A program made the translations under genes and the position numbers. The notes beneath the pieces were generated by a model that did no database searches, had not been told where the DNA came from, and was given only the letters and a program-made list of their open reading frames with translations. DNA of 63,022 bases, filler included, from Octopus bimaculoides (taxonomy: Eukaryota): NCBI RefSeq assembly GCF_001194135.2. It is 10 parts of 10 records of this genome, joined end to end, with 100 filler letters (N's around TTAATTAATTAA, not from the genome) between each part and the next. Parts side by side here need not be neighbours in the genome. Positions count along the whole stretch, not along the records: positions 52,853 to 54,332 come from NC_068983.1; positions 54,433 to 56,565 come from NW_026340853.1; positions 56,666 to 60,625 come from NC_069003.1; positions 60,726 to 63,022 come from NC_068986.1; 6 more parts are not named here. One strand, written 5' to 3'. The stretch's first letter is position 1, and every line of letters begins with the position of its first letter. Below are positions 52,982 through 63,022 of this stretch, in pieces.

Positions 52982-53725
52982 ACTTTGTGACATAAAACAT
53001 GAGTAGATTGCTAATGACAATGATTTACCCAATGTAATTGAAACCGCAACCATAACGAAAGAGCGTGATATTTTATATATAGTACTCTAGTGCTTTGAGC
53101 TATAGCAAGCCTCTATAGCATCATTCAACCTGATAGAAATACCAGCTAAATTTCTACACATGTATCCAACAGTCTAAATAAAAAAAAATGGGTATAGTTA
53201 TGCCTGGAAGCTCTTTGATCATAAGTCTATTTAGTCAGAGTAAACTACTAGTTAAATAACAACTGTGATACTGTTTATATATATTCTAGTAAATTCACAC
53301 CATCAGACTAACGATTGTGATAATATTTATATGAAGCCTAGTGTACATAATCACATCACATATTATAAGTGTGATAATGTTTACATATTGGTAGCCTAGA
53401 AAAAATATTTTTTTCTCTCTTGCAGTTCCAATTTCTATAGACATATTTGAATATTAAATGAGAAAGTTAGACTTTTTTTCCTGAGATGCTCTCCACATTT
53501 TGGTTGTTTATTCTGCGCACTTTTTGCAGGATTATAAGAAATATCAAAATTATAAATAACCGGTTAATTATAATGTATGTTACATAATTTGACCAATGAC
53601 TTTTTAGTGGAAACAGGTAGACGGAAAGTGTGAACAAGCCAGTCATATACATGTATGTGTCTATATGTGTGCGTGTGCGCGCGCGCGTTAGTGTGTGCAT
53701 ATGTATATATAAATATGTATGTATG

Positions 53726-53876
53726 ATTTAATATGCACAGGATTTAAATTCGAGCTACTATTAGTTTCATACAAAGAAAACACGATGGTCGGACACACTA
53801 GTAGTACGTGCCGTGTGTTTCCAAAAAAACCTTCAGACTATAAGTAGCTAGAATTTAAACCCCGTGCATATTAAAT
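53726..53876. mobile_element. ~150-bp MITE / foldback with ~35-bp imperfect inverted repeats
   Basis: atttaatatgcacaggatttaaattcgagctact versus agtagctagaatttaaaccccgtgcatattaaat. Confidence 0.72.
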
Positions 53877-54279
53877 GTTTCTGAGTGGAGTACGTTTTTG
53901 TTGATCCCATCAATAACAGAACACTATGTATATACATATGCATATATAATTGTCATAACAATTACATTTTCCGCATTATTTTACAGAATTTTAACACTTG
54001 CAAAAACTGTTCGTAAGTGTATGAACAATTCTCATGATAAGAGTAACTTGAAGTAATAGTGAAACATGTTTTGTATTACAAATTAAGCTCTGTGTCCAAC
54101 ATTGAGCGTTTTTCATCAGTAAATGCATGTTATCAGGCTTTACTTATTAACCCTAAAGTTTTTAGTTCGAATGCATATATCTATATATCTATCCTTATAC
54201 ATACCTGTCATTCTGTCAATCAATCTATCTATCTTTGTCTATCTACCCACCTCTTTCTCTCTCACTCTTTCTCTCTCTC

Positions 54280-54332
<53 letters not shown>

Positions 54333-54432
54333 NNNNNNNNNNNNNNNNNNNNNNNNNNNNNNNNNNNNNNNNNNNNTTAATTAATTAANNNNNNNNNNNN
54401 NNNNNNNNNNNNNNNNNNNNNNNNNNNNNNNN

Positions 54433-56565
54433 ATCGCTAACTGTAGATACAGATAGAGGCGGGGCTGATAGAGAAGATGTGCGTGGGAGAGAGGAAGAAT
54501 GTGGAGTAAAAGGAGCTCACTTTCGTCGCTAACTGTAGATGCAGATAGAGGCCGGGCTGATAGAGAAGATGTGCGTGAGAGAGAGGAAGAATGTTAAGTA
54601 AAAGGAGCTCACATCCATCGCTAACTGTAGACGCAGATAGAGGCGGGGCTGATAGAGAAGATGTACGTGCGAAAGAGAAAGAATGTGGAGTAAAAGGAGC
54701 TCACCTTCGTCCCTAACTGTAGATGCAGATAGAGGCTGATAGAGAAGATGTGCGTGAGAGAGAGGAAGAATGTAGAGTGAAAGGAGCTCACCTTCGTCGC
54801 TAACTGTAGATGCACATAGAGGCGGGGCTGATAGAGAAGATGTGCGTGAGAGAGAGAAAGAATGTGGAGTAAAAGGAGCTCACCTTCGTCGCTAACTGTA
54901 GATGCAGATAGAGGCGGGGCTGATAGAGAAGATGTGCGTGAGAGAGAGGAAGAATGTTGAGTAAAAGGAGCTCAACTTCGTCGGNNNNNNNNNNNNNNNN
55001 NNNNNNNNNNNNNNNNNNNNNNNNNNNNNNNNNNNNNNNNNNNNNNNNNNNNNNNNNNNNNNNNNNNNNNNNNNNNNNNNNNNNNNNNNNNNNNNNNNNN
55101 NNNNNNNNNNNNNNNNNNNNNNNNNNNNNNNNNNNNNNNNNNNNNNNNNNNNNNNNNNNNNNNNNNNNNNNNNNNNNNNNNNNNNNNNNNNNNNNNNNNN
55201 NNNNNNNNNNNNNNNNNNNNNNNNNNNNNNNNNNNNNNNNNNNNNNNNNNNNNNNNNNNNNNNNNNNNNNNNNNNNNNNNNNNNNNNNNNNNNNNNNNNN
55301 NNNNNNNNNNNNNNNNNNNNNNNNNNNNNNNNNNNNNNNNNNNNNNNNNNNNNNNNNNNNNNNNNNNNNNNNNNNNNNNNNNNNNNNNNNNNNNNNNNNN
55401 NNNNNNNNNNNNNNNNNNNNNNNNNNNNNNNNNNNNNNNNNNNNNNNNNNNNNNNNNNNNNNNNNNNNNNNNNNNNNNNNNNNNNNNNNNNNNNNNNNNN
55501 NNNNNNNNNNNNNNNNNNNNNNNNNNNNNNNNNNNNNNNNNNNNNNNNNNNNNNNNNNNNNNNNNNNNNNNNNNNNNNNNNNNNNNNNNNNNNNNNNNNN
55601 NNNNNNNNNNNNNNNNNNNNNNNNNNNNNNNNNNNNNNNNNNNNNNNNNNNNNNNNNNNNNNNNNNNNNNNNNNNNNNNNNNNNNNNNNNNNNNNNNNNN
55701 NNNNNNNNNNNNNNNNNNNNNNNNNNNNNNNNNNNNNNNNNNNNNNNNNNNNNNNNNNNNNNNNNNNNNNNNNNNNNNNNNNNNNNNNNNNNNNNNNNNN
55801 NNNNNNNNNNNNNNNNNNNNNNNNNNNNNNNNNNNNNNNNNNNNNNNNNNNNNNNNNNNNNNNNNNNNNNNNNNNNNNNNCCTAACTGTAGATGCAGATA
55901 GAGGCTGATAGAGAAGATGTGCGTGAGAGAGAGGAAGAATGTTGAGTAAAAGGAGCTCAACTTCGTCGGTAACTGGAGATGCAGATAGAGGCGGGGCTGA
56001 TAGAGAAGATGTACGTGTGAAAGAGAAAGAATGTGGAGTAAAAGGAGCTCACCTTCGTCGCTAACTGTAGATGGAGATAGAGGCTGATAGAGAAGATGTG
56101 CGTGAGAGAGAAAAAGAATGTGGAGTGAAAGGAGCTCACCGTCGTCGCTAACTGTAGATGCAGATAGAGGCGGGGCTGATAGAGAAGATGTGCGTGAGAG
56201 AGAGGAAGAATGTTGAGTAAAGGGAGCTCACATCCATCGCTAACTGTAGATGGAGAGAGAGGCGGGGCTGATAGAGAAGATGTACGTGAGAAAGAAAAAG
56301 AATGTGGAGTACAAGGAGCTCACCTTCGTCGCTAACTGTAGATGGAGATAGAGGCTGATAGAGAAGATGTGCGTGAGAGAGAGAAAGAATGTGGAGTGAA
56401 AGGAGCTCACCTTCGTCGCTAACTGTAGATGGAGATAGAGGCTGATAGAGAAGATGTGCGTGAGAGAGAGAAAGAATGTGTAGTGAAAGGTGCTCACCTT
56501 CGTCGCTAACTGTAAATGGAGATAGAGGCTGATAGAGAAGATGTGCGTGAGAGAGAGAAAGAATG
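54433..56565. repeat. 92/87-bp satellite array (about 14 units visible, more in the internal gap)
   Basis: Unit cgctaactgtagatgcagatagaggcggggctgatagagaagatgtgcgtgagagagaggaagaatgtggagtaaaaggagctcaccttcgt (92 bp). The short variant lacks 5 bp in gaggcggggctg. Confidence 0.95.
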
Positions 56566-56665
56566 NNNNNNNNNNNNNNNNNNNNNNNNNNNNNNNNNNN
56601 NNNNNNNNNTTAATTAATTAANNNNNNNNNNNNNNNNNNNNNNNNNNNNNNNNNNNNNNNNNNNN

Positions 56666-56697
<32 letters not shown>

Positions 56698-57159
56698 TAT
56701 ATACATATATATGTGTGTGCGTGCGGATATATACATATAAATTTATGTATGTATATATATATATACTTATGTGTACATATATATATTTTACGTATATATG
56801 TATATATACATATGTATGCATATATATGTACATGAAGTTGTTTGTACGCGTGTCTGTGTGTGTGTATGTATGTACAGAGACGGAGTGTGTAAGCGTGTGT
56901 ATGTGTGTGTGTGTATCTATGTCTGTGTGTACGTGGCTGTTTGTGTGTATGTTTGTGTGTGTGTGTGTGTTTGTGTGTGTGAAGTACCACTCATTTGTCA
57001 TTTCTTTGTCTTAGTCATTAATCAAAGATTAATTAACCGTTTTTCACTTTACTTCAGACGAAATGGTTCAATGATATCTGGCTTCTGTTTATGTCATTAA
57101 ATGCCTCTCTCTAATAGCAAACCGTTAATTACAATGATTCCTAACAAAAACATAAAAGC

Positions 57160-57305
57160 CACAAATTTTGAGGTGATGGTCATAGTTGTGTAGATTCGAT
57201 TATTGTTGATATCAACAATCGATAAGAACTTAATATTTTATCGATCCTGGAAGTTATTAAAGGCTAAAACTGACCACAGTTAAATTTGAACTCAGAACGT
57301 AACGG
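57160..57305 (-). mobile_element. SINE family A, diverged
   Basis: ttttatcgatcctggaag...ttaaatttgaactcagaacgtaa. Confidence 0.65.
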
Positions 57306-58410
57306 AAGGCGAGTGTTTCTTATATACCACGAAAAACCTTGCTTCATGTCATACAAGAAAACCCACAAACAAAATTAAAGAGAAAAAGTTTCAAAAGATC
57401 GCCTCCGGGCCTAAGAGCAAAGTTAAAGTTAAAACAAATTTCCTCCTAAATATGAACTGCTGAAGTTGGTGCTTGTCTGAGACACCCATATCGTTTATTT
57501 TATACCATTAAACTACNNNNNNNNNNNNNNNNNNNNNNNNNNNNNNNNNNNNNNNNNNNNNNNNNNNNNNNNNNNNNNNNNNNNNNNNNNNNNNNNNNNN
57601 NNNNNNNNNNNNNNNNNNNNNNNNNNNNNNNNNNNNNNNNNNNNNNNNNNNNNNNNNNNNNNNNNNNNNNNNNNNNNNNNNNNNNNNNNNNNNNNNNNNN
57701 NNNNNNNNNNNNNNNNNNNNNNNNNNNNNNNNNNNNNNNNNNNNNNNNNNNNNNNNNNNNNNNNNNNNNNNNNNNNNNNNNNNNNNNNNNNNNNNNNNNN
57801 NNNNNNNNNNNNNNNNNNNNNNNNNNNNNNNNNNNNNNNNNNNNNNNNNNNNNNNNNNNNNNNNNNNNNNNNNNNNNNNNNNNNNNNNNNNNNNNNNNNN
57901 NNNNNNNNNNNNNNNNNNNNNNNNNNNNNNNNNNNNNNNNNNNNNNNNNNNNNNNNNNNNNNNNNNNNNNNNNNNNNNNNNNNNNNNNNNNNNNNNNNNN
58001 NNNNNNNNNNNNNNNNNNNNNNNNNNNNNNNNNNNNNNNNNNNNNNNNNNNNNNNNNNNNNNNNNNNNNNNNNNNNNNNNNNNNNNNNNNNNNNNNNNNN
58101 NNNNNNNNNNNNNNNNNNNNNNNNNNNNNNNNNNNNNNNNNNNNNNNNNNNNNNNNNNNNNNNNNNNNNNNNNNNNNNNNNNNNNNNNNNNNNNNNNNNN
58201 NNNNNNNNNNNNNNNNNNNNNNNNNNNNNNNNNNNNNNNNNNNNNNNNNNNNNNNNNNNNNNNNNNNNNNNNNNNNNNNNNNNNNNNNNNNNNNNNNNNN
58301 NNNNNNNNNNNNNNNNNNNNNNNNNNNNNNNNNNNNNNNNNNNNNNNNNNNNNNNNNNNNNNNNNNNNNNNNNNNNNNNNNNNNNNNNNNNNNNNNNNNN
58401 NNNNNNNNNN

Positions 58411-58444
<34 letters not shown>

Positions 58445-58446
58445 CA

Positions 58447-58476
<30 letters not shown>

Positions 58477-58477
<1 letters not shown>

Positions 58478-59005
58478 TTTGGATAGAGAAGAGGAACTGT
58501 GTACAGTTGTGGAAATTACCTGCCGAGCAGATGTTAACGTAAAGCTGAAGATCAGTGAAAAAGAGAACACCTATGCTGAACTATTGAGAAATCTGCAGTT
58601 CCTCGATCCAGATTACAAGTTCAGTTTTATACCTGTAATTATTGGGGGCCTTGGGATATGTAACACACTACCTAAATAACGATCTTGAGAAATTAAGCTT
58701 CTCAAAACCAGAAAGGGGAAATCTAATTCGAAGACTACGGATCCAGTCATTCACTGGGACTGTAAAAATCTGTAAAACTTTCCAGAAGTTTATCATTTAA
58801 ATATATATGAGCATGTCTAGATATGCAACTTTAGGCATGAGAATACATACATAAAACATACAAATCTGCACATATACATACATACTTGCAAGCAAAAATA
58901 CCCTGTTGTTGATGTGGAAATTGCAATGAAGGAGCCTTGGCTTCTAGGTTAGAAACCGACTCTTTCTCTATTGGTAAGAAATTTTGAAATAAAACTGAAC
59001 AATGA
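58477..59005 (+). mobile_element. Second, divergent 5'-truncated copy of the same RLE-type retrotransposon lineage
   Basis: LDREEELCTVVEITCRADVNVKLKISEKENTYAELLRNLQFLDPDYKFSFIPVIIGGLG, then a frameshift, then ...LEKLSFSKPERGNLIRRLRIQSFTGTVKICKTFQKFII*. The 3'UTR shares a tagaaacc motif with the 42960 copy. It is flanked by (CATA)9 on the left and CATACATAC on the right. Confidence 0.85.
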
Positions 59006-60387
59006 CATACATACTTATAACAGTATAAGTATACAGAATTACCTGACAGGAAAAAAAAATAGGTGTTTTTACATGCTTATATCTCTACTTATACAAACAC
59101 ACACACATACACTCATGCACACACTCATACACATATGTATACGCATATGTGTCTATAAGCTACACACCCACACACAGCTGCTTGAGGTTACAATTTTGAC
59201 GTAAGTTGACACAACCTGTCTCAACTTTGTCGACCGTACGTTGGTATTTATGTTTTCTTAGCGACTTCCATAAACTCTGAGTACATTTCATCGGGGTTAG
59301 TGGTAGCACAGGCGATGGTAGCGGTGGTGACGGTTGTTGTAATAGAAGTTGCTATTGTGGTTGTGGTGGTGGTGGTCGTCGTGGTCGTCGTCATTGAGGT
59401 GGTTGTGGTGAAGATGGCGGTAGTGGTGAAGATGGCGGTAGTGGTTCTCTATTGAAATGTGTTTTGAGTTTGTTTTTCTTTTCCAAAACGCACTTATTTT
59501 ACGTGAGGAAAATTTGACTGCTATTTCTTGCATTGAGGAACCTTTCCCGTTAAATATCTGATACCGTATATTGCACTGCCTTATTACAAAGAATTGTCTG
59601 AGAAAATGCTTAAAGGATACATGTAGCTGTGAAATATTGAACCTATATTTATTTTACACAGTCTAAGAACCAGGAGATAGTTCAGTTATCAGAAAGTGTG
59701 TATGCGTGTGCATGTGTGTGTAGATATGTATNNNNNNNNNNNNNNNNNNNNNNNNNNNNNNNNNNNNNNNNNNNNNNNNNNNNNNNNNNNNNNNNNNNNN
59801 NNNNNNNNNNNNNNNNNNNNNNNNNNNNNNNTAGGCGTATACGTGACCAGACAGCTATCTCTAAGAAACTGGGATCATTACAGTTGTGATAGAAAAACAG
59901 TGAGAGGAGACAACTACAGCAACGAATACGACAATGAGAGGAACGGCTGAGACGATTTCGGTCAATAAGAAAAGAATTATTGTATGATTCTGTTTGTTCC
60001 TGCGTTCCCGTCTGTTTCGTCCGTGTGTTACGCTTACGTCACCAAGCGAAGTTACAACTCGAATGGAGAAACATATCTAGAGAGAGGTAAGAAGGCGAAA
60101 AATGGAGACAAAGAAAGAAACGAAATGGGAATAGTTGAATCAGCGGAAAACTAGTAAGGGCAACAAGAAGGAGAGGGGGAGAGAAGGGGGATAGAGAGAG
60201 AAAGAGAAAGAGAGAGGGATAAAGAGACAGATAGACAGAAGGAAAAGATCTATACCAATAGAGAGAGAGAGAGGGGGGGAAAAGGTATATATTGAGAGAG
60301 AATAGGAGGGGAGAAGGTCTACATTTGTGTGTTAAAAACGCAGGTACAATCGAAATGTTTAACATAATGAAACGATGTCATGCTGAT

Positions 60388-60424
<37 letters not shown>

Positions 60425-60725
60425 TACAGAGGTAGGTACATAAGTAGGTAGGTAGGTAGGTAAGTAGGTAGGTGAGTCTACCGATATATCAATACAGATA
60501 TATAAATATATGCAAATAGTAGGACAATTAAAAGTGTAGTATGTTTAGATATGTTTTTTATTTCTTTGAATTACCTCACTCAACGCATGCGCTTTTGCGC
60601 AATTAGAGAGAGAGAGAGAGAGAGANNNNNNNNNNNNNNNNNNNNNNNNNNNNNNNNNNNNNNNNNNNNTTAATTAATTAANNNNNNNNNNNNNNNNNNN
60701 NNNNNNNNNNNNNNNNNNNNNNNNN

Positions 60726-61396
60726 GGCTTCACAAGCGGGCTTCACAAAGTACTGTTACTTTCTGTGTCTCTGGGACAGTCGGGCTGAGTCTAAGCACTA
60801 CAAACAGAAGGACTGGAGATCTAGGAGCACTTTCGTGCCTGGTAAACACAATGTCCAAGAAAATCCTCTGGTGGACATGAACAAAGTGCTTCTTTCTCCT
60901 CTTCATATCAAGTTTGGTTTATTGAAGAATTTCGTGAAGGCCATGGACAAAAATGGTGCTGCTTTCCAACACTTATGCAATCTGTCCCCAGCTCTGAGTT
61001 CTGCTAAGCTCGAGGGGGGCATCTTCGTCGGACCTCAGATCCGAGAGGTGCTGACGGATAAGGATTTTGAGGAGCTTCTTACCTTAAAGGAACTGAGAGC
61101 ATAGGAAACATTTAAGTCAGTCTGCCATGACTTCCTTGGTAACACACAGGTACTAGATTACAAAGAGTGTATCGAGAAGTTGTTACAATCTTATGAGGAT
61201 ATGGGATGCCGTATGTCACTCAAAATTCACTTTCTCCACTCCCACCTCAACGTCTCCCCCCCCCCAAGCTCGGAGCAGTGAGTGATGAACACGGAGAAAA
61301 GTTCCACCAAGATATTACTAAGATGGAGAGCAACTGTCAAGGCGTGACATCCTAGAGGTAAAGTACAGAAGATCGTCCAAAAACACTCACTTCTGA
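60726..61396 (+). pseudogene. Chapaev3-like (CMC superfamily) DNA transposase, C-terminal half
   Basis: GFTKYCYFLCLWDSRAESKHYKQKDW...PLVDMNKVLLSPLHIKFGLLKNFVKAMDK...GIFVGPQIR...ELRA* (TAG at 61102), then FLGN...MGCRMSLKIHFLHSHL, a poly-C frameshift, LGAVSDEHGEKFHQDITKME, a short deletion and RDILEVKYRRSSKNTHF*. The family call rests on recalled Chapaev3 motifs, not a database search. Confidence 0.8.
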
Positions 61397-61615
61397 CTGC
61401 CTGCTGTACTATGATTTGTGTGTATTGTATTATCGAAGTAATTTAGTTCCATCAATGTTCTGTATTTACGTCGCTTTTTTTATGTAATATGCCTATGTAA
61501 CAGATGAAATAAACACGTCATATTTTGAATTTATATGCAGTATAATTAAAATGGGATATGTGAAAGCAAAACAAAAATTGACAGAGAAAAACTGTTCAGA
61601 AAATTGAATTCACCA

Positions 61616-61797
61616 CAATATGTACCTGTTTGCTTGAAAGAGGAGTTAAAACCCTCCAAAACCACGCATCATTTAATATAGCAAATATATTTCGGAGAAA
61701 CATATTTGTTATAGTCTCCGTGCGTGTTTACATATAGTGAGAGGTGCGTACTTTTGGAGGGTTTTAACTCCTATTTCAAGCAAATGGATACATATTG
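61616..61797. mobile_element. MITE with ~55-bp imperfect TIRs, inserted downstream of the Chapaev3-like ORF
   Basis: Left end caatatgtacctgtttgcttgaaagaggagttaaaaccctccaaaa. Right end ttttggagggttttaactcctatttcaagcaaatggatacatattg. Flanks are CA and TA. Confidence 0.8.
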
Positions 61798-62100
61798 TAC
61801 CCTGACTTTTATCATATATTTTCTTTATTTGAATTATGTTTGCTGGCCACTTTATCATTATTTTTGTAGATAATGATAACTTATTTGAATTTTAAATCTA
61901 TATATGTTCACTAACGTTCGTTTGGAAGTCGCGGGGCCTTCAGTTGAACACCTCGCACGGTGAGGTAAATATATGTTTTGAAATATTTTATGTTGTAAGC
62001 CTAGCTGACGAACTTTAAGTGTTGGTTCGACACAGAAAGCGAAATCAATTGATACTAGGATGTCTATGATCTTATTTGTATCTTACAAGTGGGAGGACTG

Positions 62101-62177
62101 TTTCGGATATTCTCCGTGCATATTTACATAGAGTGAGAGATGCGTGCTTTTGGAAGGTATTAACTCCTCTTTCAAGC

Positions 62178-62179
<2 letters not shown>
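62101..62179. mobile_element. Partial second copy of the 61616 MITE (right half), running into (CA)n
   Basis: tctccgtgcatatttacatagagtgagagatgcgtgcttttggaaggtattaactcctctttcaagcaa matches ~61715-61783. Confidence 0.75.
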
Positions 62180-62244
<65 letters not shown>

Positions 62245-62254
62245 NNNNNNNNNN

Positions 62255-62285
<31 letters not shown>

Positions 62286-62344
62286 ACACACACACACACA
62301 CTCACTCACTCACTCACTCACTCACTCACACACACACACATACA

Positions 62345-62469
62345 CACGATGGGCTTCTGTTCCGTCAACCAAATCTACTCACAAAGCTTTGGTCGGCTCG
62401 CAGTTATATAAGAAGAAATTTGATCAAGGTATCACGTGGTTGGGAAGTAAACTTCTTACCACATAGTCA
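62345..62469 (-). mobile_element. SINE family C, internally deleted
   Basis: cacgatgggcttctgttccgtcaaccaaatctactcacaaagctttggtcggc...cttcttaccacatagtcac. Confidence 0.75.
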
Positions 62470-62825
62470 CTATCGGTGTCTGTATATCATATTTAATAGA
62501 TATACACCATTACTGCTTCAGTTACATGCAACGGACTTTAATTTAATCTGACTGTTATTCGACATATTGGTGTAAGTACTATTCACTGTTTTCCTATATA
62601 TATCCTATATATTTCCTTTAGGCATATAGATGCGTGCACACGTCATTTACAAGGTCCCCAGAAGGCAAAAAGGCTTTGTAGCTAACCGCTGCCGGGAGGA
62701 TTTTTATAACACAGCATGCCTATAAAAGATTTCATCACGGACGAAAACTGCAGTATTTTGCGTCCTAACAGTATATGTACGCTATCTTACATAGATGGCT
62801 GTTTTGATAATCAAATCTTGATTAA

Positions 62826-62990
62826 TAGGCGCAAGCTTGGATGTGTGGTAAGAAGCTTGCTTCCCAACCACATGGTTCCGAGTTCAATCCCACTGCGTAG
62901 CACCTTTGGTATGTGTCTTCTACTATAGCCTCGCGCCGCCCATAGCCTTGTAAGTGGTTTTGGTAGACGAAAACAGAAAAGAAGTCCGTC

Positions 62991-62995
<5 letters not shown>
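62826..62995 (+). mobile_element. SINE family C
   Basis: taggcgcaagcttggatgtgtggtaagaagcttgcttcccaaccacatggttccgagttcaatcccactgcg...gaagtccgtcg(ta)n. Confidence 0.88.

Positions 62996-63022
<27 letters not shown>

Noticed and set aside
53987-54012. 26-nt AG/GTAAGT-bounded micro-exon candidate (NFNTCKNC or ILTLAKTV)
   Set aside because: Splice signals are good, but the peptide does not match the TERT region after motif A, and such sites are expected by chance.
54433-56565. Regularly spaced repeats superficially like a CRISPR array
   Set aside because: The whole unit repeats with no unique spacers, the context is eukaryotic and there are no cas genes; it is a satellite.

Overview
Eukaryotic, AT-rich, highly repetitive draft-genome window with many N gaps. 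The tRNA-headed SINE families and extreme microsatellite density suggest an octopus (coleoid cephalopod) genome; this is an inference. Nearly all ORFs in the supplied track are microsatellite or N artefacts. The only host protein-coding signal I can support is one 94-nt exon (49914-50007, +) with canonical splice sites. It encodes FLYFVKVDIKKCYDSMKHDVLMEIITDALKQ, which matches telomerase reverse transcriptase (TERT) motif A, and it sits alone on a 1.2-kb contig. The rest is a transposon graveyard: a large RTE-clade LINE interrupted by a ~143-bp tandem array, older RTE-like fragments, L1/Tx1-like 3' fragments, a Chapaev3-like (CMC) transposase pseudogene, a mariner deletion derivative, several TA-flanked MITEs, a hAT MITE, a Helitron-like 5' end, three SINE families and a 92/87-bp satellite. 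The most novel-looking signal is two divergent copies of a restriction-like-endonuclease (R2/R4/Dong-type) retrotransposon. Both end at the same GA|CATACATAC junction, suggesting a (CATA)n-microsatellite-targeting element. Nine 44N-TTAATTAATTAA-44N linkers are artificial scaffold joins, so adjacency and orientation across them are uncertain. No CRISPR arrays, rRNA, genuine tRNA genes or telomeric (TTAGGG)n arrays were seen.
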